Source of the DNA: Malacoraja senta
Taxonomy: Eukaryota
NCBI GenBank assembly: GCA_038087875.1
Contig: JAXLNO010000257.1
Coordinates: 1 to 64,000 of the forward strand
Reading direction: 5' to 3'
Length of the DNA: 64,000 nucleotides
Numbering within the stretch: position 1 is the first letter of the stretch; each line of letters opens with the position of its first letter. This document shows, piece by piece, positions 39,788-51,719 of the stretch. The position numbers and the translations under genes were made by a program. The notes beneath the pieces were generated by a model. It had not been told where the DNA came from, searched no databases, and worked only from the letters and a program-made list of their open reading frames with translations.

Positions 39788-40729
39788 AGTCTCTCTCTCT
39801 CTCCCCCTCACTGACCTCTCTCTCTCTCTCAGTCTCTGTCTCTCTCTCTCCCCCTCACTGACCTCTCTCTTTTTTTTCTTTTTTTTTTTACTTTTCAAAA
39901 ACTTTATTCAACACACTCAATGATACATCACATCAATACATAATCAAAAGATACATTATATCAAAACACATCATTATAGTACAACAGTACATTCATTATT
40001 TATTATACTCTCCACCCCACGTGGTGACCATCGCCCACGGAAGGCCTCCAGAGTCCCCATGGACACCGCATATTCCCGCTCCAGGGACACCCGTGCACGG
40101 ACGTACGCCCGGAAGAGGGGCAGGCAGCCAACTCTAGCCTCACCATCGACCGCCCGCTGCCTGGACCCACGAATGGCCATCTTAACCAGCCCCAGGAGCA
40201 AACCGACAGGGAGGTCCCACCCCCCCACTTGGCACTCCCCACACCCTACCTTATGCCCACACACTAGAATCGTGGGACTAAAATGCAACCAGAACTTAAG
40301 GAACAACCTCTTCAGATATTGGTACAGGGGCAGTAACCTCTCACACTCCATGTATACGTGGAACACGGTTTCTTCCTTGCCACAGAAAATACACGCGGCG
40401 GACGAACCCGTGCACCGACTCAAAAGTTTATTACAAACCACCGCTCCATGCAACAGTCCACCCCAGGTCCCCAATGTAAAGGGGGACAACTCCTGTATAG
40501 ATGGACCCCCACCAGGGACCCCCCCCCCCACCGTCAGTTGGTAACACCATCCGCCAAGGTGTGTCAGGATGGGAAACAAAGGCAAGGAGGTGCAGAATGT
40601 GCAGGAACATCCTATACAATGTGCGTCTCTTCGCATCACGAAACGGTATGCTGGTCATCTCAGAAAGGCGGCTCAGGTTGTGTGGAGCCGGTGCCCGAGA
40701 TATATCCCGGAGCCTAGGCCCGATGAGCC

Positions 40730-40801
<72 letters not shown>

Positions 40802-40930
40802 AGTCTCTGTCTCTCTCTCCCCCTCACTGACCTATCTCTCTCTCTCTCAGTCTCTGTCTCTGTCTCACCCTCACTGACCTCTCTCTCTCTCTCAGTCTCA
40901 GTCTTTGTCTCTGTCTCTCTCTCTCTCTCT
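39565..40930. repeat. (TC)n-based minisatellite (ccctcactgacctctctc...cagtctctgtc) split by a Tx1 insertion
   Basis: Same unit at 39565-39870 and 40732-40930. Confidence 0.85.
39870..40731 (-). mobile_element. 5'-truncated Tx1-type (L1 clade) LINE 3' end
   Basis: LGWxxLHGAVVCN, CIFCGKEETVFHVYMEC; aataaa + poly(A) at 39870-39910 on minus strand. Confidence 0.8.
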
Positions 40931-40933
40931 TAG

Positions 40934-42215
40934 AACCATGTACAGGTGTGCAGTCGCAGGTGAAGAGGGAGTAGAGGAGGGGGCTCAGTACACAGCCCTA
41001 TGGAACGAGGTTCAGGGTGAGGTTTGAAGAGGTGTTGTTGTCCAACCTAACAGACTGGGGTCTGTTAGTTAGGAAGTCCAGTAACCAGTTGCAGAGGGAG
41101 GAGTTGATGCCCAGGTTGCTGAGTTTGGTGATTAGTTTTGAGGGGATAATGGTGTTGAATGCTGAGCTATAATCGATGAACAGCATTCTCACGTAGGTGT
41201 TTGTGTTGTCGACTTTGGAGAGGGCGGAGTGGAGTGCCGTTGAGATGGCATCCTCCGTACTCCTGTTCTTGCGGTAGGCAAACTGATAGGGTTCCAGTGT
41301 GGGAGGTAGGCAGCCTTTGAGGTGTGCCAGGACCAGCCTCTCGAAGCACTTGGTGATGATGGGAGTAAGTGCAACTGGGCAGAAGTCAGTCAAGTCGTCA
41401 AGTCACATTTATTTATATAGAACATTTTAAAAACAACTCTCGTTGGCCAAAGTGCTTTACATTTGTTATAAGAATAGCATAAACAAAACAAACTACATAA
41501 TATATACATGTAGCCCTCACTCAGAGGAAGTCAGGAAAGGCTTGGGTGTATAGATAAGTTTCTAGTCTTGACTTAAAAGAGTCAATGGAGGGGGCAGTTC
41601 TGATGGGAAAGGGGATGCTGTTCCACAGTCTAGGGGCTGCAACCGCATAGGCGCAGTCGCCCCTGAGCTTATGCCTGGATCGTGGGATATTCAGCAACCG
41701 AATGTCAGCCGATCTGAGGGGCCTGGAGGTGGAGTGGTGGGTGAGAAGACTTTTTATGTAGGTGTGGGCAAGCCCATTGAGGGCTTTGTAGACATGGAGG
41801 AGGATCTTGAAGTTTATACGGAACCACACGGACCCAGTGGAGAGAGGCCAGGATCGGGGTGATGTGGTCCTTTTTTCAGGTGCCCGTCAGGAGTCTCGCT
41901 GCGGCGTTTTGGACCAGTTGCAGGCGGGACAGGGAAGATTGGCTGATGCCAGTGTAGAGGGAGTTGCAGTAATCTAGGCGGGAGGAGATGAATGTGTGGA
42001 TGATCTTTTCGAGGTCATCAGACTGGAGGAATTGTTTTATTATAGCTATCGTCCAAAGCTGAAAGAAGCTAGCTTTTACCACGGCATTGACTTGTTTGTC
42101 AAATTTCAGTGCTGAGTCAAATATCACGCTAAGTCATTAAGGCTCGCCGCAGTGGAGTGTTTTGGCACTGGCACGATGGAGGTGGTTTTAAGGCACGTGG
42201 GGACAACTGCTTGGG
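40934..42215 (-). mobile_element. Rex1/Babar RT fragment interrupted by an L2
   Basis: [39 protein letters not shown]; upstream part (FKTTSIVPVPK) at 42131-42215. Confidence 0.85.
41389..42130 (-). mobile_element. L2-clade LINE 3' end with GACTT-repeat tail
   Basis: FISSRLDYCNSL, LQLVQNAAARLLT, AAPRLWNSIP; aataaatgtgacttgacgacttgact tail. Confidence 0.88.
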
Positions 42216-42465
42216 CAACTTAGAGAAACATATAAAATTCTTTAGGGATTGGACAGGCTAGATGCAAGAAAAATGTTCCCGATGTTGGGGTAGCCCAGAA
42301 CCAGGGGCAACACCCAGTTTAAGAATTAGGGGTCAGCAATTTAGGACTGAGATGAGGAGAACATTTTCCACCCAGAGAGTTGTGAATCTGTGAGATTCTC
42401 TGCCTCAGAAGGCAGTGGAGGCCAATTCTCTGGATGCTTTCAAGACAGTTAGAGTTAGCTCTTAG

Positions 42466-43496
42466 TAGCAATGTTACAAAATTTTCAGATTTTAAAAATA
42501 AAGTCTGCAATTTATCCCATCAGATAAAGCATAAAAAGAAGTTTAATTTGACACTTAATTCACTTTCATATCTTCAGTATTAAAAAAGTTATGGCCATTA
42601 TCATACTCAGAAATTAGCATCTAGTTCCCTATTGCTTTTCCATTGACTTAACACAAAAGCTGTGATTGAGGACAGTTAAAAGCCCATAACTTTCTTAAAA
42701 ATTATGGTAACTGAAAGAAATTTCCAGGTATTATAGATTGAAGCATTCTGAAACAAATATGAAACAATCTTACTTGAAAGTAAAGCATATAATTAGTTAG
42801 TTACCTAATTGTAGCTAATTACAAAATTCAATTACTAGATCTAAACATCTATCAATTTCTTAAGAATAGATTAACATTTTTAAATAGCCTAAGTGTCCAA
42901 ATAACATTCACACAATAATTCACAATATAACATAATTTTTAAATCTAATTTTCATGAATTTACAGGCCAAATGGAAGGAATTGAATGTTTAATACCTGTA
43001 AATTAATGGGGATTTAATTCATCTTGCGAGTGAGGATTACTGGAACGCGTTCTTTTGGAACGTTCATTTGCGGTGAATTTAACCCCGTATTGGCATGAAA
43101 AATACTGCCGTTAATTCGGGGAATAAAATCACCGTGTCGCATGAAAAATTGTGAATTAAAGGCTTCTTAAGAAGCACTTTTATACATTTAAAGAAAGCAC
43201 TTTCGTTTACCTGTCCATTGTGTGAAATCCGTCCCCGTTATCGGCGTTGACGCTTCAGGAGCTGCTTTTAAAATGACTGTAGCGCTGACATTGACGATTT
43301 AATAAAAATAAAAAATTCACAAATCGCCACTAGGGACGATTTGTCAGCCAACGCTTGTTCTCCAGCAAAATATTCCCACGACAAGGTAGGAGAAACCGCG
43401 TTTTAACAGACGCCCCCCCTTAAAGGCGCCAAAATTGCGCACACGGCCAGTGGCAGAATTACAGCGCGACTGAAGGTACGTTTTGTAACATACCTA
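42466..43496. mobile_element. Non-autonomous TIR DNA element inserted in a CR1 3' fragment (~42220-43642)
   Basis: TIR tagcaatgttacaaaa / ttttgtaacataccta; ctcttag duplicated at 42459-42465 and 43497-43503. Confidence 0.8.
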
Positions 43497-44042
43497 CTCT
43501 TAGGGCTAACGGAATCAAGGGATATGGGGAGAAGGCAGGAACGGGGAAGTGATTGTGGATGATCAGCCATGATCATATTGAATTGCGGTGCCGGCTCGAA
43601 GGGCCGAATGGTCTACTCCTGCAACTATTTTCTATGTTTCTAAGTGTGTGGCAAGGAACTGCAGATGCTGGTAAAAATTGATGATGGACACAAAGTGCTG
43701 GAGTAACTCAACGGGTCAGGCAGCATCTCCGGAGAACGTGTTACAAAGTGCTGGAGTAACTCAGCAGATCAGGCAGCATCTATGGAGAACGTGGACAGGT
43801 ACAAAGTGCTGGAGTAACTCATCGGGACAGGCATCTGCAGTTCCTTCCTCCACAACTCTCTGCGATTACCTGCGGGTCTTGGACGGAGCTGTTCCTAAAT
43901 CGTGCTGTGATTCATCCCGATAAAAAGCCTTCTATTGTGGGGAGGGAGAGAGGGAGAGATAGAGAGGAAGGGGGCGAGGGAGGGGGTGAGGGAGAGGGTG
44001 AGGAGTGAAGGGGAGAACTTCCCAAAACGTTAATCGGCAAGT

Positions 44043-45062
44043 CAATAGACAACAGATGCAGGAGTAGGCCATTCAGCCCTTCAAGATAGCATGGCTGATC
44101 ATCCACAATCAGTACCCCGTTCCTGTCTTCTCCCCGTATCCCCTGACACTGCTATCTTTAAGAGCCCTATCTAGCTCTCTCTTGAAAGTATCCAGAGAAC
44201 CGGCCTCTGAGGCAGAGAATTCCACAGACTCACAACTCTCTGGGTGAAAAAGTGTTTACTCATCTCCATTCTAAATGGTTTACCCCTTATTCTTAAACTG
44301 TGACCCCTGGTTCTGAGCTCCCCCAACATCGGGAACATGTTTCCTGCCTCTAGATTGTCCAAACCCTTAATAATCTTGTATGTTTCAATAAGATTCCCTC
44401 TCATCCTAAATTCCAGAGCATACAAATCCAGCCGCTTCATTCTCTCAGCATATGACAGTCCCGCCATCTCGGGAATTAATCTTGTGAACCTACGCTGCAC
44501 TCCCTCAGTAGCAAGAATGTCCTTCCTCAAATTTGGAGACCAAAGCTGCACACTTTTTGGTTTTATTCTGCTTATATGTTTTGTAATCTGCTTATTACAT
44601 TTTGTAAGGCGTCCTTGAGAGTCTTTGAAAGGTGCCCATAAGTATAATGTTAATAATAATAATAACAATACTCCAGGTGTGGTCTCACTAGGATACTATA
44701 CAACCGGATAAGGACCTCTTTGCTCCTATACTCAACTCCTCTTGTTATGAAGGCCAACATGCCATTTGCTTTCTTCACTGCCTGCTGTATCTGCATGCTT
44801 ACTTTCATTGACTGATGAACAAGGACCCCCAGATCCTGTTGTACTTCCCCTTTTTCCAACTTGACACCATTCAGATAGTAATCTGCCTTCCTGTTTTTGC
44901 TACCAAAGTGGATAACTTGACGTTTATCCACATTTAACTGCATCTGCCATGCATCTGCCCACTCACCCAACCAGTCCAAGTCACCCTGCATTCTCATAGC
45001 ATCCTCCTCACAGTTCACACTGCCACCCAGCTTTGTGTCATCTGCAAATTTTCTAATGTTAC
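44043..45062 (-). mobile_element. CR1 fragment interrupted by a ~115 bp plus-strand L2/SINE-type tail (44553-44666)
   Basis: LVRPHLEY|...VQLWSPNLRKD; insert ends tgtaaggcgtccttgag..gaaaggtgcccat..(aat)n. Confidence 0.8.
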
Positions 45063-45099
45063 CTGTTTACAAAAACAAGGCTCTATGAGGCGCTGGTCC

Positions 45100-45666
45100 G
45101 GTCGCATTCGGCGTAACTGTGAGCAATTTTGGGCCCCATATCTGAGGAAGGATGTGCCGGCTCTGGAGAGGGTCCAGAGGAGGTTCACGGCAACAGATCC
45201 CAGGAATGAGTGGGTTAACGTACGATGAGCGTTTGTCGGCGCTGGACCTGTACTCGCTGGAGTTTAGAAGAACGAGGGGGGGGGGACCTCATTGAAACTT
45301 TAGCAAACAGTGAAAGGCCTGGATACAGTGGATGTGGAGAGGATATTTCCACGAGTGGGAGAGTCTAGGACCAGAGGGCACAGCCTCAGAATTAAAGGAC
45401 GTTCCTTCAGGAAGGAAATGAGGGGGAATTTATTAGCCAGAGGGTGGGGAATCTGTGGGATTCACAAATGGCGGTGGAGGCCAAAAGTCAGTGGGGATTT
45501 TTAAGGCACAGATAGGTGGTTTAATTGTTGATTAGTGGGCGTGTCAGGGGTTATGCGGAGAAGGCAGGAGAATGGGCTAGGAGGGAGATAGATCAGCCTT
45601 TTTTGAATGGCGTACACTTGATGGGTTGAATGGCCTAATTATGTTCCTATCACTTATGACCTTATG
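45100..45666 (+). mobile_element. CR1 3' fragment
   Basis: KGLDTVDVERIFPRVGESRTRGHSLRI; cttatgaccttatg tail. Confidence 0.75.
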
Positions 45667-46042
45667 TGGGAGAGTAGGGAGAGGAAGGGGGGAGTGAGAG
45701 AGAGGGGGAGAGGGAGAGGGGTAGAGGGTGAGAGGGAAGGAAGAGAGAGAGGCGGGAGAGACAGAGGAGGAGAGAGAAAGAGGGGGAGAGGGAGTGGGGA
45801 GAGGGGGAAGAAGGAGGGGGAGGGATGGGAGAGAGGGGTAGAGGAGGGGTAGAGGAGGGGGAGAGGGAGGAGAGGAGAGGGGAGAGGGAGCAGGGGAGGG
45901 AGGGGAATCCTGCAGGCATGGCCACTTCCATTTCACTACATCTTGTATGTGTATGTGTCAAAAAAAATTGGCGACTTGAGGGAGGGGGGATAGGGGGAGA
46001 GGTTGGGGTGTGAGATGGGTGAGAGAGGGGGATTGAACTTAC

Positions 46043-46166
46043 GTAGACGTGATTGTACTGAATCCTTCTTGCCCAGCGGTATCCCAGATCTGCAGCTTCA
46101 TCTTCTCCCCATTAACATCGACCGTCTGAATCTTGAAATCCACTCTGATAGTAGTGATGTAGCGAC
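46043..46166 (-). pseudogene. RAB35: Orphan RAB35-like exon (switch I to switch II) with damaging substitutions
   Basis: [41 protein letters not shown](T) vs recalled [42 protein letters not shown]; ttcag acceptor, AC|GTAAG donor; 124 nt. Confidence 0.85.
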
Positions 46167-46344
46167 CTGAAAGGGAGAGAGGGAGTGAGAGAGAGGGACA
46201 GAGACAGAGAGAGAGAGACAGAGACAGAGAGAGAGAGAGAGAGAGAGACGAGGGGGAGGCGAGGGGGTGAGCGAGAGAGGGGGAGAGAGAGAGGTGGAAG
46301 AGGGCGATTGAGAGGGGGAGAGGGGAGGAGGAGCGAGAGGGGGT

Positions 46345-47860
46345 CATCAACTTCACTCATATTTTTATTTACATTTTCAATTTTAGAATTACTTATAGAA
46401 GTTTCCATAGGAGGTAATGGGAGTGTTGAAGGAAGTTCTCGATTAATATTATCAAGGAGTGATGGGGCTGATGGAGTAGACGGACATGGTGCAAGGTCAC
46501 GAAGTGAGACAGTTGACTGACATCCATCTTGATACATGATAGTTGCATAAGAAGAGTTAACATCAGAGTTCAACTTCATCAACAAAAGGCTGTTTCTTAT
46601 TTGATCGGACATAACGACGAAGCAACACAGGCCCATGGCTAGTCAACCATGATGGCAGAGAAGTACCACTAGAATAACGCCGTTTGAAGTTAAAGAACCG
46701 CTAATGTGGAGTAGTACTGGTAGCAGTTGACAGTAGCGATCTGATGGAGTGTAATGCATCTGGTAGAACACATTCCCACTGCTGATCTGGTATGGTCATT
46801 TGACTATAAAGCCAGTTTCACTGCTTTCCAAATGATTCCGTTATACCTCTCAACTTGACCATTTCCAATAGGATGATATGGTGTTGTTTTACTTGTTGCA
46901 ATTCCTCTATTAGAAAGATAGTCTTTTAAATATTTTGACATGAATGAGGTGCTCCAATAAGAATGTACGTAACTTGGAAATCCACAGTGAAAACAGTTGA
47001 TCTAAACATTTGATAACCGTAGCAGCTGACATATTTGGACAAGGAAAGGCAAATGGAAACCTCGAATATTCATCAACTATGGTAAGTAAACATTTCGAGA
47101 GGAGGATGGTAAAGGCCCTTTGAAGTCAATACTCAAACGTTCCATAGGTTAAGTAGCTTTGATCAATCTTCCTTCTTCAGGATGGAAGAACCTTGGTTTT
47201 AATTCAGCACAGATTCTACATGAAGCACACGTCATCTTCACATCTTCTGTAGAGAAAGGTACGTTTTTGGAACGAACATTGTGTAACAAACGAGTGACTC
47301 CAGGATGACACATCCCATTGTGAAGATCAGTGAGTGCAGAAGAATGAACAGAGGCACAAAATGCTCGAGTTAATGTATCCGGAGTAACATTATCCTTACC
47401 AGGGCGGTACTCAATTGAATAACTATATGCAGATAATTCAATCCTCCATTCATGAATTTTACTGTTTTTAATCTTCGTTCGTTTCCGATTATCCAGCATA
47501 AAAGCTACTGAACGCTGATCTATTATCAAAGTGAAGTGCTGGCGAGCAAGGAAATTACTCCATTTTCTCACTGCTTCAATAATTGCTGTAGCTTCCTATT
47601 CGACGGGTGAGTAGTGCAATTCACTACCTTGGAGAGTACGAGACATGAAAGCCACTGGTCGTCCTCCTTAATTTAATGTTGCTGATACTGCTAAATCACA
47701 TTCAACAACAAAGGGGAGATCCTCATTGATGACGTGTAATGTCGCAGATTCTAATTGTTTATTTAAAGAAGTAAAGGCACCAATTGCTGTAGAGTCAAGG
47801 GGGATAGATTTTGCTCTGATCAAAGGTTGAATTTTGGCAGAAAAATTTGGTATCCATTTA
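46345..47860 (-). mobile_element. Gypsy LTR retrotransposon pol fragment (RT-RNase H-integrase), degenerate
   Basis: KWIPNFS, PFVVECD, RKWSNFLARQHF..DQRSV, IEYRPGKDN, H-x4-HPG..C..C zinc finger, VDEYSRFPFAFP. Confidence 0.85.
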
Positions 47861-47864
47861 GTGA

Positions 47865-48452
47865 CAATGTGATCACGGCTGATCATCCACAATCAGTACC
47901 CCGTTCCTGCCTACTCCCCATATCCTCCGCTATTTTTAAGAGCCCTATCTAGCTCTCTCTTGAAAGTATCCAGAGAACCGGCCTCCACTGCCCTCTGGAG
48001 AATTCCACAGACTCACAACTCTCTGTTAAAAAAAGTGTTTCCTCGTCTCTGTTCTAAATCTATTACCCCTTATTCTTAAACTGTGGTCCCTGGTTCTGGA
48101 TTCCCCCAACATCGGAAACATGTTCCCCATGTCGGGGGAGTCCAGAACCAGGGGCCACACACAGTTTAAGAATAAGGGGTCAGCCATTTAGAACGGAGAT
48201 GAGGAAAAACTATTTCACCCAGAGAGTTGTGAATCTGGAATTCTCTGCCTCAGAGGGCGGTGGAGGCCGATTCTCTTGATGCTTTCAAGATAGAGTTAGA
48301 TAGGGCTCTTAAAGATAGTGGAGTCAGGGGATATGGGGAGAAGGCAAGAACGGGGTACTGATTGGGGATGATCAGCCATGATCACATTGAATGGTGGTGC
48401 TGGTTTGAAGGGCTGAATGGCCTACTCCTGCACCTATTGTCTATTGTCTATA
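47865..48452. mobile_element. Two CR1 3' ends joined head-to-head as a fold-back
   Basis: 47865-48120 (minus) mirrors 48121-48390 (plus), centred on aacatgtt. Confidence 0.85.
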
Positions 48453-49030
48453 TTGACCCGAATCAGGGCGGCCTGGTGGCGCAGCGGGTAGAGCTGCTGC
48501 CTCACAGCGCCAGAGACCCGGGTTCCATCCGGACCACGGGTGCTGTCTGTGCATAGTTTGCACGTTCTCCCTGTGACTTATGTGGGTTTTCTCCGGGTGC
48601 TCCGGTTTCCTCCCATACTCCAAAGACTTGCAGGTTAATAGGCTTCGGTAAAAATTGTAAATTGTCCCCTAGTGTGTGTGTGTAGGTTAGTGTTAGTGTG
48701 CGGCGATCGCTGGTCAGCATGGACTCGGTGGGCCGAAGGGCCTGTTTCCACGCTGTATCTCTGAACTAAACACAGATCTAGCTTGTGAACAGGCGATCTC
48801 TGGTCATCACAGAATCGGTGGGTCGAAGGGCCTGTTTCCACGCTATATCTCTAAACTAAACGGAACAATAAACCATGCTGAGTATCCCTAATGAACTAGG
48901 GTGGTTAGGAGGGAGGGAGGGGGAAAGGGAGGGAGAGGGAGAGTGGAAGAGAGGGTGAGGGAGAGAGAGTGGGAGCTTATGTGTGTGTGTGTCTAACCCT
49001 GGGTAACTCTTTCCTGTCCAAACGTTTCAG

Positions 49031-49304
49031 ATAAGCCCCAAGGTGTTCACATTGAGTCCCGTGTCAATGGTGTGGAGGTCAGAGCGAAGGTGAGCGTGAA
49101 TATGAATGACCGGCTGAGTCTGCCGTGTGAGTGATCCACCCGTGAACAGATACTCCTGGTACCGCAATGGCTTTGTGTACAGACACTGGGACCAGACGCT
49201 GGTGTTCAACAGAATTACCCCACAACAAGCTGGTCGGTATCTCTGTACAGCGGGGAACGAGATCGGAACTGTCAGCTCAGAGACCATCACTGTTAATGTC
49301 CAGT
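49031..49304 (+). pseudogene. C2-set Ig domain exon (CD22/Siglec-like), frameshifted
   Basis: KPQGVHI..RLSLPC / SDPPVNRYSWYRNG..QAGRYLCTAGNEIG..ITVNVQ; ttcag and T|GTGAGT; 274 nt, not a multiple of 3. Confidence 0.8.
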
Positions 49305-49387
49305 GTGAGTATTCCCCGCCATCCCGTACACAAACCCTTCAACATTGCCCGTTATAGGGAACGGCATTCCCTCTTCACTGCCCCTCC

Positions 49388-49448
<61 letters not shown>

Positions 49449-49923
49449 TCTCTCTCCCTCGCTTTCTCACTCTCTCTCACTCCCTCCCTCCCACCCTCTC
49501 CCTCTCCCCTCATTCCTCCCTCTCTCTCTCTCTTTCTCACTGCCTCTCTCTCTTTCTCACTCCCTTTCTCCCTCTCTCTGTCCCTCCCTCCCTCGTTATA
49601 CAGGGTGACAAGTTGGGAGTTTTCTCCTGGAGGGAGGGAGGTGCAGGAAGGAGGGAGCGCCGCACTGCGGGAGGGAGAGAGGGGGAGAGAGAGAGAGGAA
49701 GAGGGAGAGAGAGGGAGGGAAAATCTTAATGTTAGATTTAGAGAATGTTAGAGTCTTAGAGAGGGAGGGAGACAGAGATAGGGGAGGAATAGAGAGAGAG
49801 ACAGCGAGAGAGACAGAGAGAGAGAGACCGAGACAGAGACCGACAGAGGGAGACAAATGGACGTAAATATACAGGGAGCTCCACTGTGTGTGTGTCTGAC
49901 GCTGGGAATGTTTCTCCCTGTAG

Positions 49924-50190
49924 ACGCTCCTATCAATGTGATGATCACAGCTCCAACAGCCCCTCCTGCTGGTAACTACATCACACTGCGGTGTGGATCA
50001 CAGGCGAACCTTGTAGTGAACTCTTGCAGCTGGAGAAAGCTCTGTGGCTCTCAGTCTACAGATCTGTGGGGATATTGTGCAGAATACAGACTGAGGGCCA
50101 CTATACAGGTCGAGACCTGCGACTATTTCTGCACCGTGAGCAATACTCTCGGAGAAAAGAAGTCCCCAAATCAACGCATCGATGTCCAGT
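49924..50190 (+). pseudogene. Second C2-set Ig domain exon, donor mutated
   Basis: APINV..ITLRCGSQAN..SW..DYFCTVSNTLG..IDVQ; tgtag acceptor; donor reads GGAAGT instead of GTAAGT. Confidence 0.8.
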
Positions 50191-50282
50191 GGAAGTACAA
50201 CTTTGTCCCAGCTCGTTACCGTCTAGACTACACTCCACAACTCTCCCCAACTCCTACAGATGCAACGTGTAAGGAAAGCATT

Positions 50283-50702
50283 TTGTGTGGGAAGGAACTG
50301 CAGATGCTGGTTTAAATCAAAGGTAGCCACAAAGTGCTGGAGTAACTCAGCGGGACAGGCAGCATCTCCGGAGAGAACGTGGACAGGTACAAAGTGCTGG
50401 AGTAACTCAGTGGGACAGGCAGCATCTCTGTGGAGAACGTGGACAGGTACAAAGTGCTGGAGTAACTCAGCGGGACAGGCAGCATCTCTGGAAAGAAGAA
50501 ATGGGCCATGTTTCGAGTCGAGATCCTTCTTCAGACTGAAGAAGGGTCCCGGCCCGAAACGTCACCCATTCCTTCTCTCCAGAGATGTTGCCAGTCCCGC
50601 TGAGTTACTCCAGCACTTTGTGCAAGAAGGAACAGCAGATGCCGGTTTACACCGAAGATAGACGCAAATTGCTGGAGTAACTCAGCACGACAGGCAGCAT
50701 CT
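50283..50702. mobile_element. Penelope-associated palindromic repeat with internal 60 bp tandem copies (similar array 43645-43850)
   Basis: acaaagtgctggagtaactcag.. x3, central ttcttcagactgaagaa, mirrored right arm. Confidence 0.75.
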
Positions 50703-50854
50703 ACAACTTTTCGGCCCTATGAGCATCGAGCCATAGTCACAGAGCCATAATTGTGGAGTCATAGAGTCATAGATTTATATAGAGCCATATGGTCCTAGTG
50801 TCTTACAGTGTCTTAGAAATACTTGGAGAGAATATTAGAGAGCATTAGAGAATA

Positions 50855-51700
50855 CTAGACTAACTGGGACCCGTGGGGTCCCATGTTCACATGGGAGGGC
50901 TGGTTCCCCAACGCAATATTCCACCTCTTTCCGCCAATTCCAATAGTTGTGGCAAGTAAGGGGGGTGGGGCTCTCTGGAGCGCTAGTATGGGTGTTGTGG
51001 GCTGACGGGACTGGTTTCCAGAGGGCTAGTATGGACATTGTGTGTCCAATGGATTCTTGGACTCGCAGTTCAGTCAGTCACGGCTGGTGGGCTGGCAGTT
51101 CACTCACTCACTGCTGGTGGGCTGGCAGTTCACTCACGGCTGGTGGGCTGGCAGTTCAATCAATCACGGCTGGTGGGCTCACACGTACACACACACACAC
51201 CCTCCATCTCACACACTCACACTTTCACACACACACCCTCCATCACACACACACACACACATCCGGGACATTTGACAGTAAAACTCTTGAATCTACTCAC
51301 GCCCGACTTCTGGACTGAGGACGGCCTTGGACTCAGGTTGGACCTCTGGACTGAGCGCGACCTCCGGAGTGATTGCAACTTCCTGAGTGAGCCACGGCTT
51401 GTAGATTAATATTTACTCACTAACAGCTGGATTCACTCACTAACAGTTCTGGACTCAACCCTCACTAACTGCTTGTAGACTCACAATTCACTCAGCACGA
51501 CTTGTAGACTCACAGTTCTGGACTCGACTCTCACTAACTGCTTGTGGACTCACAATTCACTCAGCATGACTTGTAGACTCACAGTTCTGGACTCAACTCT
51601 CACTAACTGCTTGTGGACTCACAGTTCAGTCAGCACGGCTGGAGCACTCACAATTCTGGACTCAACTCTCACTCACGGCTTCCGGGCTAACTGACTCACG
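50855..51700 (-). mobile_element. Helitron-like 3' terminus and body with internal minisatellites
   Basis: Minus strand gggaccc-cac-gggtccc hairpin then agttagt-CTAG|t; similar to 15289-15400 and 17205-17370; ~68 bp repeats at 51420-51680. Confidence 0.65.
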
Positions 51701-51719
51701 ACCGGCCTCCGGGGCTTTA

